Assembly (NCBI GenBank): GCA_037379345.1
Contig: CM074516.1
Coordinates: 40,461,626-40,525,625, forward strand
DNA from: Perna viridis
Taxonomy: Eukaryota
Length of the DNA: 64,000 bases
Direction: 5' to 3'
The position numbers were made by a program, and so were the translations under genes. The notes below the pieces were generated by a model. That model did no database searches. It saw nothing but the letters and a program-made list of their open reading frames with translations, and was not told the DNA's origin. Shown here in pieces: positions 52,739 through 64,000 of the stretch (positions are counted from its first letter, which is position 1; each line of letters starts with the position of its first letter).

Positions 52739-55700
52739 ATGACTAACATTGTCGTAAATGTTAAATACAATGCATCGTCACCATTCACAGTAAACGTACA
52801 TTCAGATTGGAGGATATGGGAAGTTAAGAAGGAAATTTCTCAGAACTTAAAATTGGCACCAGAAGAAATACAGTTAATATTTACCGGTTGTGTGTTGAAA
52901 AATGAAGCTTTTTTGAAGGTATTTTAATTTATAATATTTATTATTGTTTGTTATGTATACATTTTTGTATTTACTTTCATACTTTTATACAACAGCAAAA
53001 AATGATGGTAAAATAATGGTATCATCTTTGTCATCATCGTGCATCATTGTGTTGTCCTATAATAGTCTTTAATTTTGTCCCCGTGCAGGTCCGGGTGTTT
53101 AAAAGAATAGGCCTGCAGCAGCGCTAAGCTTGTCGTAAAAGGCGACTAAATAGTGCTCAGAGACCTAGCCGGGGGTTAGGCGCTCTGCCCACAGAACAAC
53201 TGGGATGTGTGCCCCAGGTGGTGGAATGGGGTACCCCTGGCATGTTACATGCTGGGGTTGTCAGGCTATAATACGGAAAACCTGACCGCAAACCATAGTG
53301 GTACACCGTGTTGGGAAGGATGCCACGTTCCTCACACGTTAAAGAACCCTGCTGTGGTATTCGATAGGAGTAGGAACCTTTGCGCTCCGCCACAGGAGGC
53401 TAAATTGCCCGACCTTACCCATCCCCCCTTTTTCTAGTGGCAATCAAAATTTGTCGACCCTGTTGTCCTTGTGACCCATCCTTTTTTTTATCATTTCATG
53501 TTCATTTTATCATCCATTTCATGTTCATTGTCTGAATATAGCTGAAATATTGCTGCTCGGACGTTAAACCCCAACAAACAACAAACAAACAATCTTTAAT
53601 TTTGAACGTACGCTAGATTTGAAGTAGGGCTATGAGTGTCAATGCTACATCAGTTTTGAAAGATCCCAATGTAGCAAAAACATTGTCTACTATACATGAA
53701 AAATATGTTGTCATAGAAGCAGACAAAGCCCAAAAACAACATTGTTGTCTGCAAAACATATTACATCCAATGTTCATTATCCAAGACATAGAAAGCAATA
53801 GCAGAAATTAGACTTATACCACTACTACACTATCCGAAGAGGAGATTGTCAAAAGCCATAAATCTGTACTATCCTCTTTTGGCTATCTACCAAAGTAGAT
53901 GACTGTGGTCTACAGTTTATATACTTGATTCCTAAACTCTATAAGAATCCATACAAACAATGCTACATAGCTGGATCTGCAAAGTGTATCTCCAGGCCTC
54001 TTTCAAGAGCGTCTCTAGTCCTACTACAGCAATTGCTCCTGTGGTGGTATTAATTTCAAGTGGATCCTGAAAAATTCGAAAGATCTTCTGGAAACCCTCA
54101 AAGGCTCAATTCAAGATTATTATCAGAATACAGTGGCATTAAAACCTATGGTTTTTTGGCTCTTTGTGCTTCCCCATACTCAGTTGAGGTCCCAACTGAA
54201 AAACATTGTGCATCGTTGTTGTTCCAAGGCAGATGGTAAACATAGATACAGATATATAGTTCCTGATAAAGATTCCTCATACTTTGTAAAAAAATAATTC
54301 CAAATCATCTTCCAAATATACCGAAGATGTTTTCAAAATGCTGAAATTTTTTTTATCAACAACATATTTATCTAATGTGGTGGACACGTAACTTGACATT
54401 TTTAGAGCAACTCAACAGGTGTTTCTAGACAAGCAGAGGACGCTTATTCTTCCAGTGCACCTGGTCCATGCTCCCAGTTTTTAATAGAGTCCTAGTTGCT
54501 GATTTACTTTTGTTACTTTGTATGTATTATTTTGGTTATTTTATGTTCTTTGTTGTGTGTGTCTGTTTTCCATGTCTGGTCCTTGTCCCTTGGTTACATT
54601 CTTTTGATTTCCGCATGAATCTTTCTTCCCTTGATTACTCCTTCATCCTCGTCTGGTGTCTGTAGACATTGACAGTTTAGATTCCAGGTGATTTTTGTAT
54701 GAGTGAATGGATCTGTTTGAAGTTGTACTACAAGGTGCCATACCTCAAAGGGAAGGCTTTCTTTTCACTTGAACTCTGATGAATTATTTTTAAAGAACCA
54801 AATGGAGCCAGAAACAAGCATTTTCGTGACATCTAAACAATAACTTGACTAAAAGTGAACATATCTCTGTGAAATTGTACCACAAAGTATCTTACCACCA
54901 AAAGAGGGAGGGGTATAGTTGTGGGGTTGTGACTAGAAGCATTTATATATTAGGAGCCAAAAAGGAGCCACTGGTCAAATTTTTACCCTGTGTTAAATAT
55001 TCAATAGGAATAGAAATTCAGAGTTGCATCAAACTTAAATGGTGTGTCCCTACTTGTCCCAACTGTTCAAGGTTTGAGCTCTGCAGTTGTATCAAGCTGC
55101 ACCCAACCAAGCATTTTATTTAAATGATTATTCAGAAGTACTTCTGTCTCATTTTCAAACACTGTTACAGTCTTAAGATTCCTGCCTACAGTATTTTGTG
55201 TATAGAATGTATAAAACTCACAAGAAATGACATTCAAGGAATATTTTTCCACCTTCCTGTTTCTACAGGAATTCTCAAATTAGAAACTCTAAATTTTGTT
55301 AACCATACTCTATTTTTTCATTCAACCGAATTAGATATTTCTCTAAACCAAATTCATTTTTAAAAGATCTATAAAACTGTCCCCTAGAAGATGTTGAAAT
55401 TTCATTATTCCATCTTGCAATAAAATGATCTGATAAAATCTGCTTAAAATACATCTTCTTTTGATAAAAATCTGGTTGATTCACAAAAATATACCCAAGA
55501 CCAGTATTGTTAAATAAAGATTTTATACAATTAACCCATTTGAAAGAATGCTGATCATTAAAATTTAACATATGTTTATAAAGAATACTGCTTAACTTAG
55601 ATTCATTAGACATAAGTTTGCTCCAATAAGATGCCATTCTCATTTTTACACGATTTTCTGGAAATCTTCCCAATTCTCCATAGACACAAAAATTTGGAGT

Positions 55701-58700
55701 AGTATTTCGTACTTTCAATATTCGCTTACAATATTTTAAATGTACATGTTCAATCAATTTCAAATTTTCATAGCCCCAGACTTTGCAACCGTATAATAAA
55801 ATTGGTTCAATAATTGAATCAAACATTTTTAATTGTTAGTCTATTGGAATATTTTCATTTCATATACATCTATAAATAAAGTGTAAAGCTTTTTGTGACT
55901 GATTTATCATTTTCTTTCTAGTTCCTATAAAAGAACCATTATACTTGAATATAACACCTAAATATGAAAAAGTATCAGCTTGTTCTAAATTTCGCCATAT
56001 AAAGTAAATAAAAAATCATCGTTGCACTTTCTTTTACTGAAAACAATAACCTGTTTTTTTAGAAGCGTTTACTTCAAGCTTCCATTTATCACAGTATGAC
56101 TGAAAAATATTTAAAGATCTTTACATGCCTTCTTTTGATTCTGATAAAATAGCTGTATCGTCGGCAAACAAAATCACAAATAACTCAAAATAAATTTGGA
56201 GTTCTTCACTTAAATACAGTCTTAACAGTATCTAACCCTTGAACTTGTAAACTTAAAAAAATAATCCTTTAAATCATTCAAAAATATACAAAAGAGAAAA
56301 GGAGATAAATTTGACCTTGTCTGACACCTGTTAAACATGGAAAGAAATCCGATTCACAACCATTATATCTAACACATGATTTGATTCCTTGGTACATATT
56401 ATAAATCACTTTGAAACACTTCCCTTTTGTATCCCAATTTTGCAGCTTTTCCCGAAGACAAGACCTGGGAATAGAATCAAATGCTTTTTTAAAATCAATA
56501 AAAGTACAAAAAAATTTCTTTCCAAATGCAATATATAATTCCACCAGAGCATGCAATACAAAGATGTTGTCAACTGTAGAGTAACCTTTTCTGAAGCCTG
56601 CTTGATTTTCTGAAATCAAATTAATTTCACTTGCGAGGGTACTGAGTCACATGTTAATAATGGATGTGAAAAACTAAAAACCTTTTTTTTCACAATTTTT
56701 TTTATGCCACTGTTAGTTAGTTTGGCCGTCAACACCACATACATTTACATACTACACATATGATAGATAACACAGGAGACCTGAATGGGCATATGTTTTT
56801 TTTTTTTAATACAAACCATACTTGAACATAAATACATGTAGTAGGATATACAGTCATGTACATATGAAAAATAACTTAAGCATATCAACTTTCCACATAC
56901 AGCATCATTCATTACTTTATACAATAAAGGTATTGCCATCATACATCTCGAACTATATATGCATTGGCATATTGGAGTAAATATGGTCTACTGTACTTGT
57001 CTTGGTATCCAAACATTTCCATTCTCACATTAAAGCATATAATGAATCTTCTTGGGCTTCAAGAAAAATGTATAACACCTATACAAACAATGTAGACGGA
57101 GAATATGTTTAATATCTCAAAGAAATATTACAGGATCTCTCTATTGGTAACTGTACAGTACTTCATGCTTTTAAGCAAAAACCTGTGGAAGTTCAGATAG
57201 AAACTAGCAAGTCATCCCTTGTAGATAATGGAACTAATGTTACAGGTAAGTTTAATGTCATCATTATATCCTTAGCTTGAAAAGTGTGAAGTTTATAGTG
57301 ATCATTATGTCTGTCCATCCCTCTGTCTGTTCTCAGCTCTATCTACAACTCCTCTCATAGTGATCATTCTGTCTGTCCATCCCTCTGTCTGTTCTCAGCT
57401 CTATCTACAACTCCTCTCATAGTGATCATTCTGTCTGTCCATCCCTCTGTCTGTTCTCAGCTCTATCTACAACTCCTCTCATAGTGATCATTCTGTCTGT
57501 CCATCCCTCTGTCTGTTCTCAGCTCTATCTACAACTCCTCTCATAGTGATCATTCTGTCTGTCCATCCCTCTGTCTGTTCTCAGCTCTATCTACAACTCC
57601 TCTCATAGTGATCATTCTGTCTGTCCAACCCTCTGTCTGTCCCCAGCTCTTATCTATCAATCCTCTCATGTGTTTGAATGGAATTTGATGAATTTTTTGC
57701 ACATTGTTTATCACAAGTTTACCTTCTATTTCGTTGTTCTGTTTGAATGATTTTTGGGGTTTCCTAATGCAAAACATTTGACCTGCTATTGGTCAACCAA
57801 GCATGGAAAATTTTCTTACCTGCATCTCCTCTAAAATTGCTGAATAGAATTCAATGAAACTTTCATGCATTCTTTATCTTATGACGCCATTGTATAATTA
57901 CTATTGTTGTTTTCCAATTTGAATGAATTTTGGGTTTCCAATGTGGTTTCTAGGGAGTGGATTTGGGGTGGGGGCAATCAACAAGTAAGCTTTGCTCACA
58001 GTATTTGTAGTTTCATAAAACTATTCATAAAAGACAAAAATCGATCTAATCTATAAAAAAAAACATATAACAAATAACGATGAACATGAAAAACGGCGAC
58101 AACTACTAGACTACAGGTTCCTGGCTTGGGACAGGCACATTAAGTGTCTTCCATCAATCCAGTTACATGAATAAGAGAAAATATGAACAGAAAAAAAAAT
58201 TATTTACAACAAAACTGTAGTAATTAACATATACTTTGTGTACAAGAATTACTCAAGCATTCAGAAATCATTGGAAGACATAATTTTTTTCAGTGAAAAA
58301 AGTTTAATTAAAATCCTGTTGGAGCCTCTCAGATTTGTTATTCTGTTTTTGAATTACCAGTGGTACATATTTTTTTTGCAGAGGATGTTCACAACTTTTT
58401 TATATATTGTAAGGACCAGTGTAACTGTTTGTGTCCAGGAAAACTCCGAGTGAGATGTGCCATGTGTTCAGAGGGTCATATTGTTCTACTGAGGGTTTGT
58501 AGTAATTATTACTGAAAATTAAATTTAAAAGAAATGTTAATTAATTTTGTTGACTGAAAATTTATCTCTTTGATTCATTTATGAATTTTAATTTAGAAAA
58601 TGAATTGTTTTGTCTTATTGTGAAAGAAAACAATCAAAGCACTAGCTGAACACTTGAACTTATCATAAACATTTTTGCTAAAACATGTCATGTATATATT

Positions 58701-61700
58701 TTTTTTTAAGTTTTTACTTCGATACATACATTTACAAACAAGGATATTTGTAAATGAGTAACTTTTTGAAAATAATTCAAAACATTTTAGGAACCTGGGA
58801 AATATGATGATGTGACAAAATCAGATGTCATACAGTGTGAGTGTAAAAGTGAAAGTTGCCAAAGGAGTATTCAATTTGCTGTAAGTGTAACTTGGCTTTT
58901 GATATATAGCTACAGACAGAACCTGTTAAAAAATTATTTAATCTGTTATGACAGATAATTCATCTCTGATGATGGCTACAATACTGATGACCTTACAGGT
59001 TAAAAATTTGCCTGTAAAAAACATGGTTATAAGGTATTTTTATCTAGTGTATATCATCCTGGAATGTATGAATTATTTTCCAATAAATAACACTGTCCTT
59101 ATAATAAATCACTCTTTTTAAATAACAAGACATTAAGAATCAAATGTCACTGAGAATGCAAGACAGAGAAATCTTGGAAATCAGAGGGAAAGATTTCAAA
59201 TTCTCTAAGGAGGATCTGTCAAGTAAGAGAACATTGAAATCTGATATTTCCTGGTATTGCATTTTCTAATAATTTTTTATTCTTTTTCTCACTATTAAAG
59301 TTAATTTTGTGATTAGTATGCCTATATTGCTTTAAATTTACAGGATGTCATAAAACTTTTCATTTTGATTTCACAAAAGTCACATGCTTTATCTCACCCA
59401 TGGGTGAGATAAGGATATCTCTCATGGCTTAAAATAGGATTGCGCTTGTCTCTTTAATGAGAAATTCATTTTCTTCCTTCTTTTGCAGAAAAAAAAAATT
59501 ATTGTAATCAGTTGATGGATACAATTTTTCTTTCAATAAGTTTGTTTTTTGTTATCCTTTTAAAAAATCATTTTCTTTGCCAAATATTGCTATTCATTTA
59601 CCTCTACTTTTAGAAATTTTATTTTAAATGTGCCAAGCACCAGTCTGAGGATTCTGCACCAGTTCTAAGACATATAAGACCAAACAATAAAAGAAGAGAA
59701 TGTTTGACCTGTGGTACTGTAAGGTAATGGTATGTTTATATTAGAAAAGGAACAGATATGGTGAAAGACAACAAATGCACTATCGTATAACCCCTATAAA
59801 AATAGTAAATACTTACAGAGACCACCAAACGGTCTTCAATAAGTATAAACATACAAAGAGTTTGTTCTATTCTAGCATCTGACTCTAGATAAATGTCGTT
59901 GAGAAAACAACTACAGTTTGTAAATTTTGATGAAAATACAACACAAAGACACTTTCACTTCCATTATTCATAGCTGAATTTCCTGGGAAAAAATGCATGG
60001 GTTTAATTGTCAGATTCTTAAAAGGGAAGTAACTCATGTTACACTTCAATGAAATATAAATGCTTAGTTTAAAAGGTCACTGGTCCCTATTAGCAAAATA
60101 CAAGGACCATAGAAAAGAAAAGTACTGTCCCATAGTCCATTCCCTGCATATTGATCTTTTAGGTTTTGATTTATAACTGCACATATATTAATCAGTACCT
60201 GTTTTAACTTAGTTTTTCTTGATACTTTTCATAGCACTCCAGTTTTAGTTTTCCCCTGTGATAAAAGTCATGTAATGTGTTTGGACTGTTTTAAATCCTA
60301 TGGCATTGTCAGACTGAATGAAAGAATGTTCATAGAAGATAAAGAATACGGTTACAGTTTGCCCTGCCCAGGTATGAGTGTTTAGGTTGTTAGCTATGAA
60401 AAAACAAACCATAGTGAGAACATAACTTAAAGCAAACTTGAAACTTAATTATCTAAACCATAGGTCAAAGGTCATTAAAGAAGCATGAGAACTGAAGATG
60501 AAACAACATACTATGTTAAGAAACCAAAAGAAAAACACACAAAATAAGAAGCATTTTAAAATAATCAACCTTGCCTTCAAATTTTGCTTGGATTTCTATT
60601 GACTTACTATGACAGTTAAGCATTTTTGAAAGTTCTAAAAAATGCAGTAAAGTACCGATACAAGTAATGGTTAGTGACAAAAAATCCAAGATTAACATTT
60701 AAACTTTAAAATAGATTACTCATATTAAATCTTGTTTACCTACATTTGATGTATTCACCATATCCATAACCTTTGATGTATTCACCATATCTGTTTTTTG
60801 TTTTATTTGTAATTTTGTTCTATCTTGTTGATGAAGCACAGTTATTGTTTTATAATTTTAAATACTTTTTTTTATTTTACAGTTGGTTGTGACAACTCAT
60901 TACTTCAAGATGCTCACCATTTCTATCTCCTTGGACCAGATCAGGTGATTTAATAGGCTTCTAAATATATTATATTTCAATCACATTTTAAATTTGAAAA
61001 AATAAACATAAACTTTGTTCACATTATAGAATTTCTAATATGTCATCTTCATATTGTCAAACAGTATATGTCAGTACAACAGTATATGTCAGTACAACAG
61101 TATATGTCAGTACAACTGTATATGTCAGTACAACAGTATATGTCAGTACAACCGTATATGTCAGTACAACAGTATATGTCAGTACAACAGTATATGTCAG
61201 TACAACCGTATGTGTCAGTACAACCCCACCTTTAGCACCTGCACACTGTCTCTTTTCTGTTGCTGTCGCTTTTAGACAAAACACTCATTTAAAAATGTTT
61301 ACACTATGATTTAACAGCTGAGAGGTTATCTTTGTCATATTAGAAAAGAAATAATTTTTTCCAGGGGTAGATTTGTACTCATTTTAACATGGGTATGGCA
61401 TTTATATTCTCATTTAACACCTCACTGTTGCTCGGTGTTAAATAATCAAATATAAATGTTGTACCCATGTTAAAATAAGTACAAAACTACCCCCTCCATG
61501 AATTATTTCTTAAGCAACCTACCTATTAATTCTCATACATATTTGATATTAAAACAAGTGTGAGATCTAAATGCACTCAAGTTTCATTATCAGCCAAGTT
61601 TAAAACAACCAATATAAATACTGAATTAAATAGTAAGAAATCTGCCTCTCTTGAATCATGTTAATATTTTTCTGTTGTTTGCCTGAAGTAAATGCATATG

Positions 61701-63651
61701 ATAGTTCAGTTTATGATAGTTGTTATGAAGTAAGTTAATACATGGTATATATGTTGTATCTTTGTATCTTCTATATATTAATTTTACATTTTTTTTCAAT
61801 GTTTCATAAATTTTCAGTTTACAGGTATGTCTTGAAGTATTCAGTCAGTTTTTACTATAGATTCACTGTTAACAATCTTCAGTATAGAAATCTTTTAATC
61901 AACTTGACACTGAAGGAATACCTATTTTCTTCCTTTTTAAAACAACTTCATTATTTTCATCATGATTTTCCCTGTCAAGTATTCCATTGACAACCCATTT
62001 GTAAGATTTTCCTACACAAATTTCAACAGTTTGTTCTTTTTTACTCTTGAAAATGAAATAATTGATGCAGAATAGATATAAATGATATAAAGCCACTTTA
62101 GATATGTAGAATAATTTATAACAAAACTTACGGACTGTATTTATGGGCTTACTTATGATGACAACTTTTTAACATAAACAGTTGATGAATGGTTGGGTGG
62201 GAGGTCATGACCTTAAATTTGACCAATGAAATTCATCTACTGCACGAGACTTTTCTTGGGGGATTAAGTTGTTTTTAATCACCTGGTCTCTCAGTATAGA
62301 AATTCATCAAAAATGGGAGAAAGTTATTTCTACTATTCATTATAAATTACCAATGGAGTGGTTTTTGTCTTTAATTTTATTTGCCCATTTTTATTTCATT
62401 TGCAAATTTTTTTCCCTTCTGAAAACTTGTATATTTCCTCTCACAGAAAGCTGATTTAGTTCTTCTGTTGTGTATAAATGAAGGTATGAGTATTTTTTTC
62501 TAAACTTAAGTGAAAGAAGCAAAATGCACAGCTTTTATCTTATGCTTATCCGCATTTTATAATTATTGTTACCTTGTGATGCAGTATGAGAGATATAAGA
62601 GATTTGGTACAGAGGAGTATGTACTACAGAATGGTGGAGTATTGTGTCCATACCCAGGATGTGGTGCTGGTATACTGCTGGAGAATGGTGGAAAGAGAAT
62701 ATTTTGTGAAAACTGCAGGGTGAGGCTGTTTAAATTCGAAATAGGTTAGGCTTATCCTACCTGTTGCTATTAATTATAGATGTAGTCTGATGGTTAGATT
62801 TCAATGCTTAAATTCTGTTTTTTCTTATACAGATGTTGATACACCACTTAACATCAACTGAAATCTCACTTTTAAGTACAATAAGTTTCTCTCCATACTG
62901 TCTGACAAAGCAGTCTATAGTCGACAAATCTCGAATAATATCAACTCGAATCTGACTGTGAAAGTTTTTACTACCAGTACTTTCCAAGATCATTTTTCTT
63001 GGACCTTCTTTCTTCCAATCTTGTAACTACACTTATTATCCAACCAAATGTTCATTTGTTAATTTCAAAAAGATTCAATACCTGTCATTTGGACTTCCAA
63101 GGTTTTGAAAGATTGTTCCTTATAAAATAGAAACATACCATATAAATATGTGGTTTGTATTATATAATCAATTAATTAATGGGGTATAGAAAGATTTTTA
63201 ACTTCAATATTGATAGTTTTCAATGCTATCAGGTACAATTGCTGTAGTTTTTTGACAAATTGAGGATGTAGACGTTTGGTAAGGGACACAAGTCTTACAA
63301 ATCATCGAAACGTTTGTATTCACCATTTTACACCAATCTCATGAAAGTATCAAAGTAACTTGAACTGATTTCATTCCATTTCAAATGAAAGCTTGATAGG
63401 CTTTAATGAAGTTGAATATGATACGCTATATATATAATATAATATATCACTGATTTCAAGAGTTATGTCCCTTACCCTAGGTCTACCTCCTTAAATGGGA
63501 CTTTCAGATTTGTTCAGTAAAATTAGGTTTAAGCATTGTTAAGACAACTTTCACTGTATTTGTTTTTCAGTATGAGTTCTGTCGACAGTGCCTGAATAAA
63601 TACCATGGTAGTTCTGAGTGTACTCCATTACTACTAGAAGATAATAATCAG
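52739..63651 (+). CDS. PRKN: E3 ubiquitin-protein ligase parkin, partial (UBL, RING0, RING1, IBR; REP and RING2 lie beyond the window)
   Basis: Exons 52739-52918, 57134-57245, 58382-58494, 58791-58880, 59614-59723, 60235-60371, 60883-60944, 62585-62719, 63571-63651. Peptides [45 protein letters not shown]...[44 protein letters not shown]. Confidence 0.95.
53078..53592 (+). mobile_element. SINE-like non-autonomous retroposon with structured, non-tRNA 5' end
   Basis: 12-bp TSD TCTTTAATTTTG at 53066-53077 and 53593-53604; (CAAA)n tail; 3' ATATAGCTGAAATATTGCT...GACGTTAAAC; central CACGTTAAAGAACCC motif. Confidence 0.85.
53615..54645 (+). mobile_element. Decayed Penelope-like element RT fragment followed by its associated short repeat
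   Basis: Disrupted frames reading [31 protein letters not shown] and [13 protein letters not shown]. 54440-54645 is the third copy of the dispersed repeat. Confidence 0.7.
55290..56672 (-). mobile_element. Decayed RTE-X-like LINE fragment
   Basis: [63 protein letters not shown]. Frameshifted. Confidence 0.85.
57295..57668. repeat. 62-bp minisatellite, ~6 copies, likely inside a Helentron-like element
   Basis: Unit ATAGTGATCATTCTGTCTGTCCATCCCTCTGTCTGTTCTCAGCTCTATCTACAACTCCTCTC. Confidence 0.9.
61058..61224. repeat. 18-bp minisatellite, ~9 copies
   Basis: Unit ACAGTATATGTCAGTACA. Confidence 0.92.
61347..61513. repeat. Palindromic fold-back element (MITE-like)
   Basis: AGAAATAATT...GGGGTAG.TTTGTACT.ATTTTAACATGGGTA mirrored by TACCCATGTTAAAATAAGTACAAAACTACCCC...AATTATTTCT. 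Confidence 0.7.
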
Positions 63652-64000
63652 GTCAGCTGCTCATGTTGAAAGAAATATTTCACATGAAAAAAATACAAAT
63701 GGAATGGATTTAATATACAAAACATGTTGTAGCGGTAACTAAAAAAAAAGTTATGAGTATATTCAGTGAAAGTTTCATGTAAAATTTGACAGTATGCTGT
63801 AGGTAATTGATTCGAATTTTGAGAAATAAGAGTAATTATTACATGGCATGTGAAACTCTTGTTAACATTTTTTAAAGAAAATGACAATAGCAAAAGTCCC
63901 AGTCTTAAAAGTAAAAGTGATGCAAGATACATGTAGATTTCTGTTTTAAGGGCAGTAGTGTGGATGCTGATCATGAGCTCAGAGCCAGATGGGATCAGGA

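Noticed and set aside
61040-61309. Repetitive proteins (VYVSTT / QYNSIC ORFs)
   Set aside because: By-product of a stop-free 18-bp intronic minisatellite.
62790-63420. Coding-looking minus-strand stretch in a parkin intron
   Set aside because: Multiple stops and no recognisable motif; probably an old TE remnant that I cannot classify.

Overview
AT-rich animal genomic DNA, most likely a bivalve mollusc (inferred from the repeat landscape), not prokaryotic. Three spliced genes were reconstructed exon by exon with GT-AG boundaries and phase checks. (1) ARFGEF3/BIG3: minus strand, 34 coding exons, 6285-39321, about 2080 aa. (2) ISCU: minus strand, 5 exons, 47575-52331, 154 aa. (3) parkin/PRKN: plus strand, starts at 52739 and runs off the window after the IBR domain. 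ISCU and PRKN are head-to-head, with ATGs about 400 bp apart. There are two intronless orphan ORFs: a 303-aa protein with a variant PD-(D/E)XK nuclease-like signature (1036-1947) and a 128-aa helical protein nested antisense in an ARFGEF3 intron (11942-12328). Introns hold many mobile elements with visible target-site duplications (TSDs): L1/Tx1, RTE, RTE-X and Penelope fragments, hAT, Harbinger and Tc1 MITEs, and Helentron-like elements. The most notable non-coding items are: a complete miniature LTR element whose LTRs carry a tRNA-like Pol III promoter; a TSD-flanked retroposon with a compact, possibly ribozyme-like 5' fold instead of a tRNA head; a minisatellite that multiplies an ARFGEF3 splice acceptor out of frame; and a highly structured ~400-nt element in ISCU intron 1.
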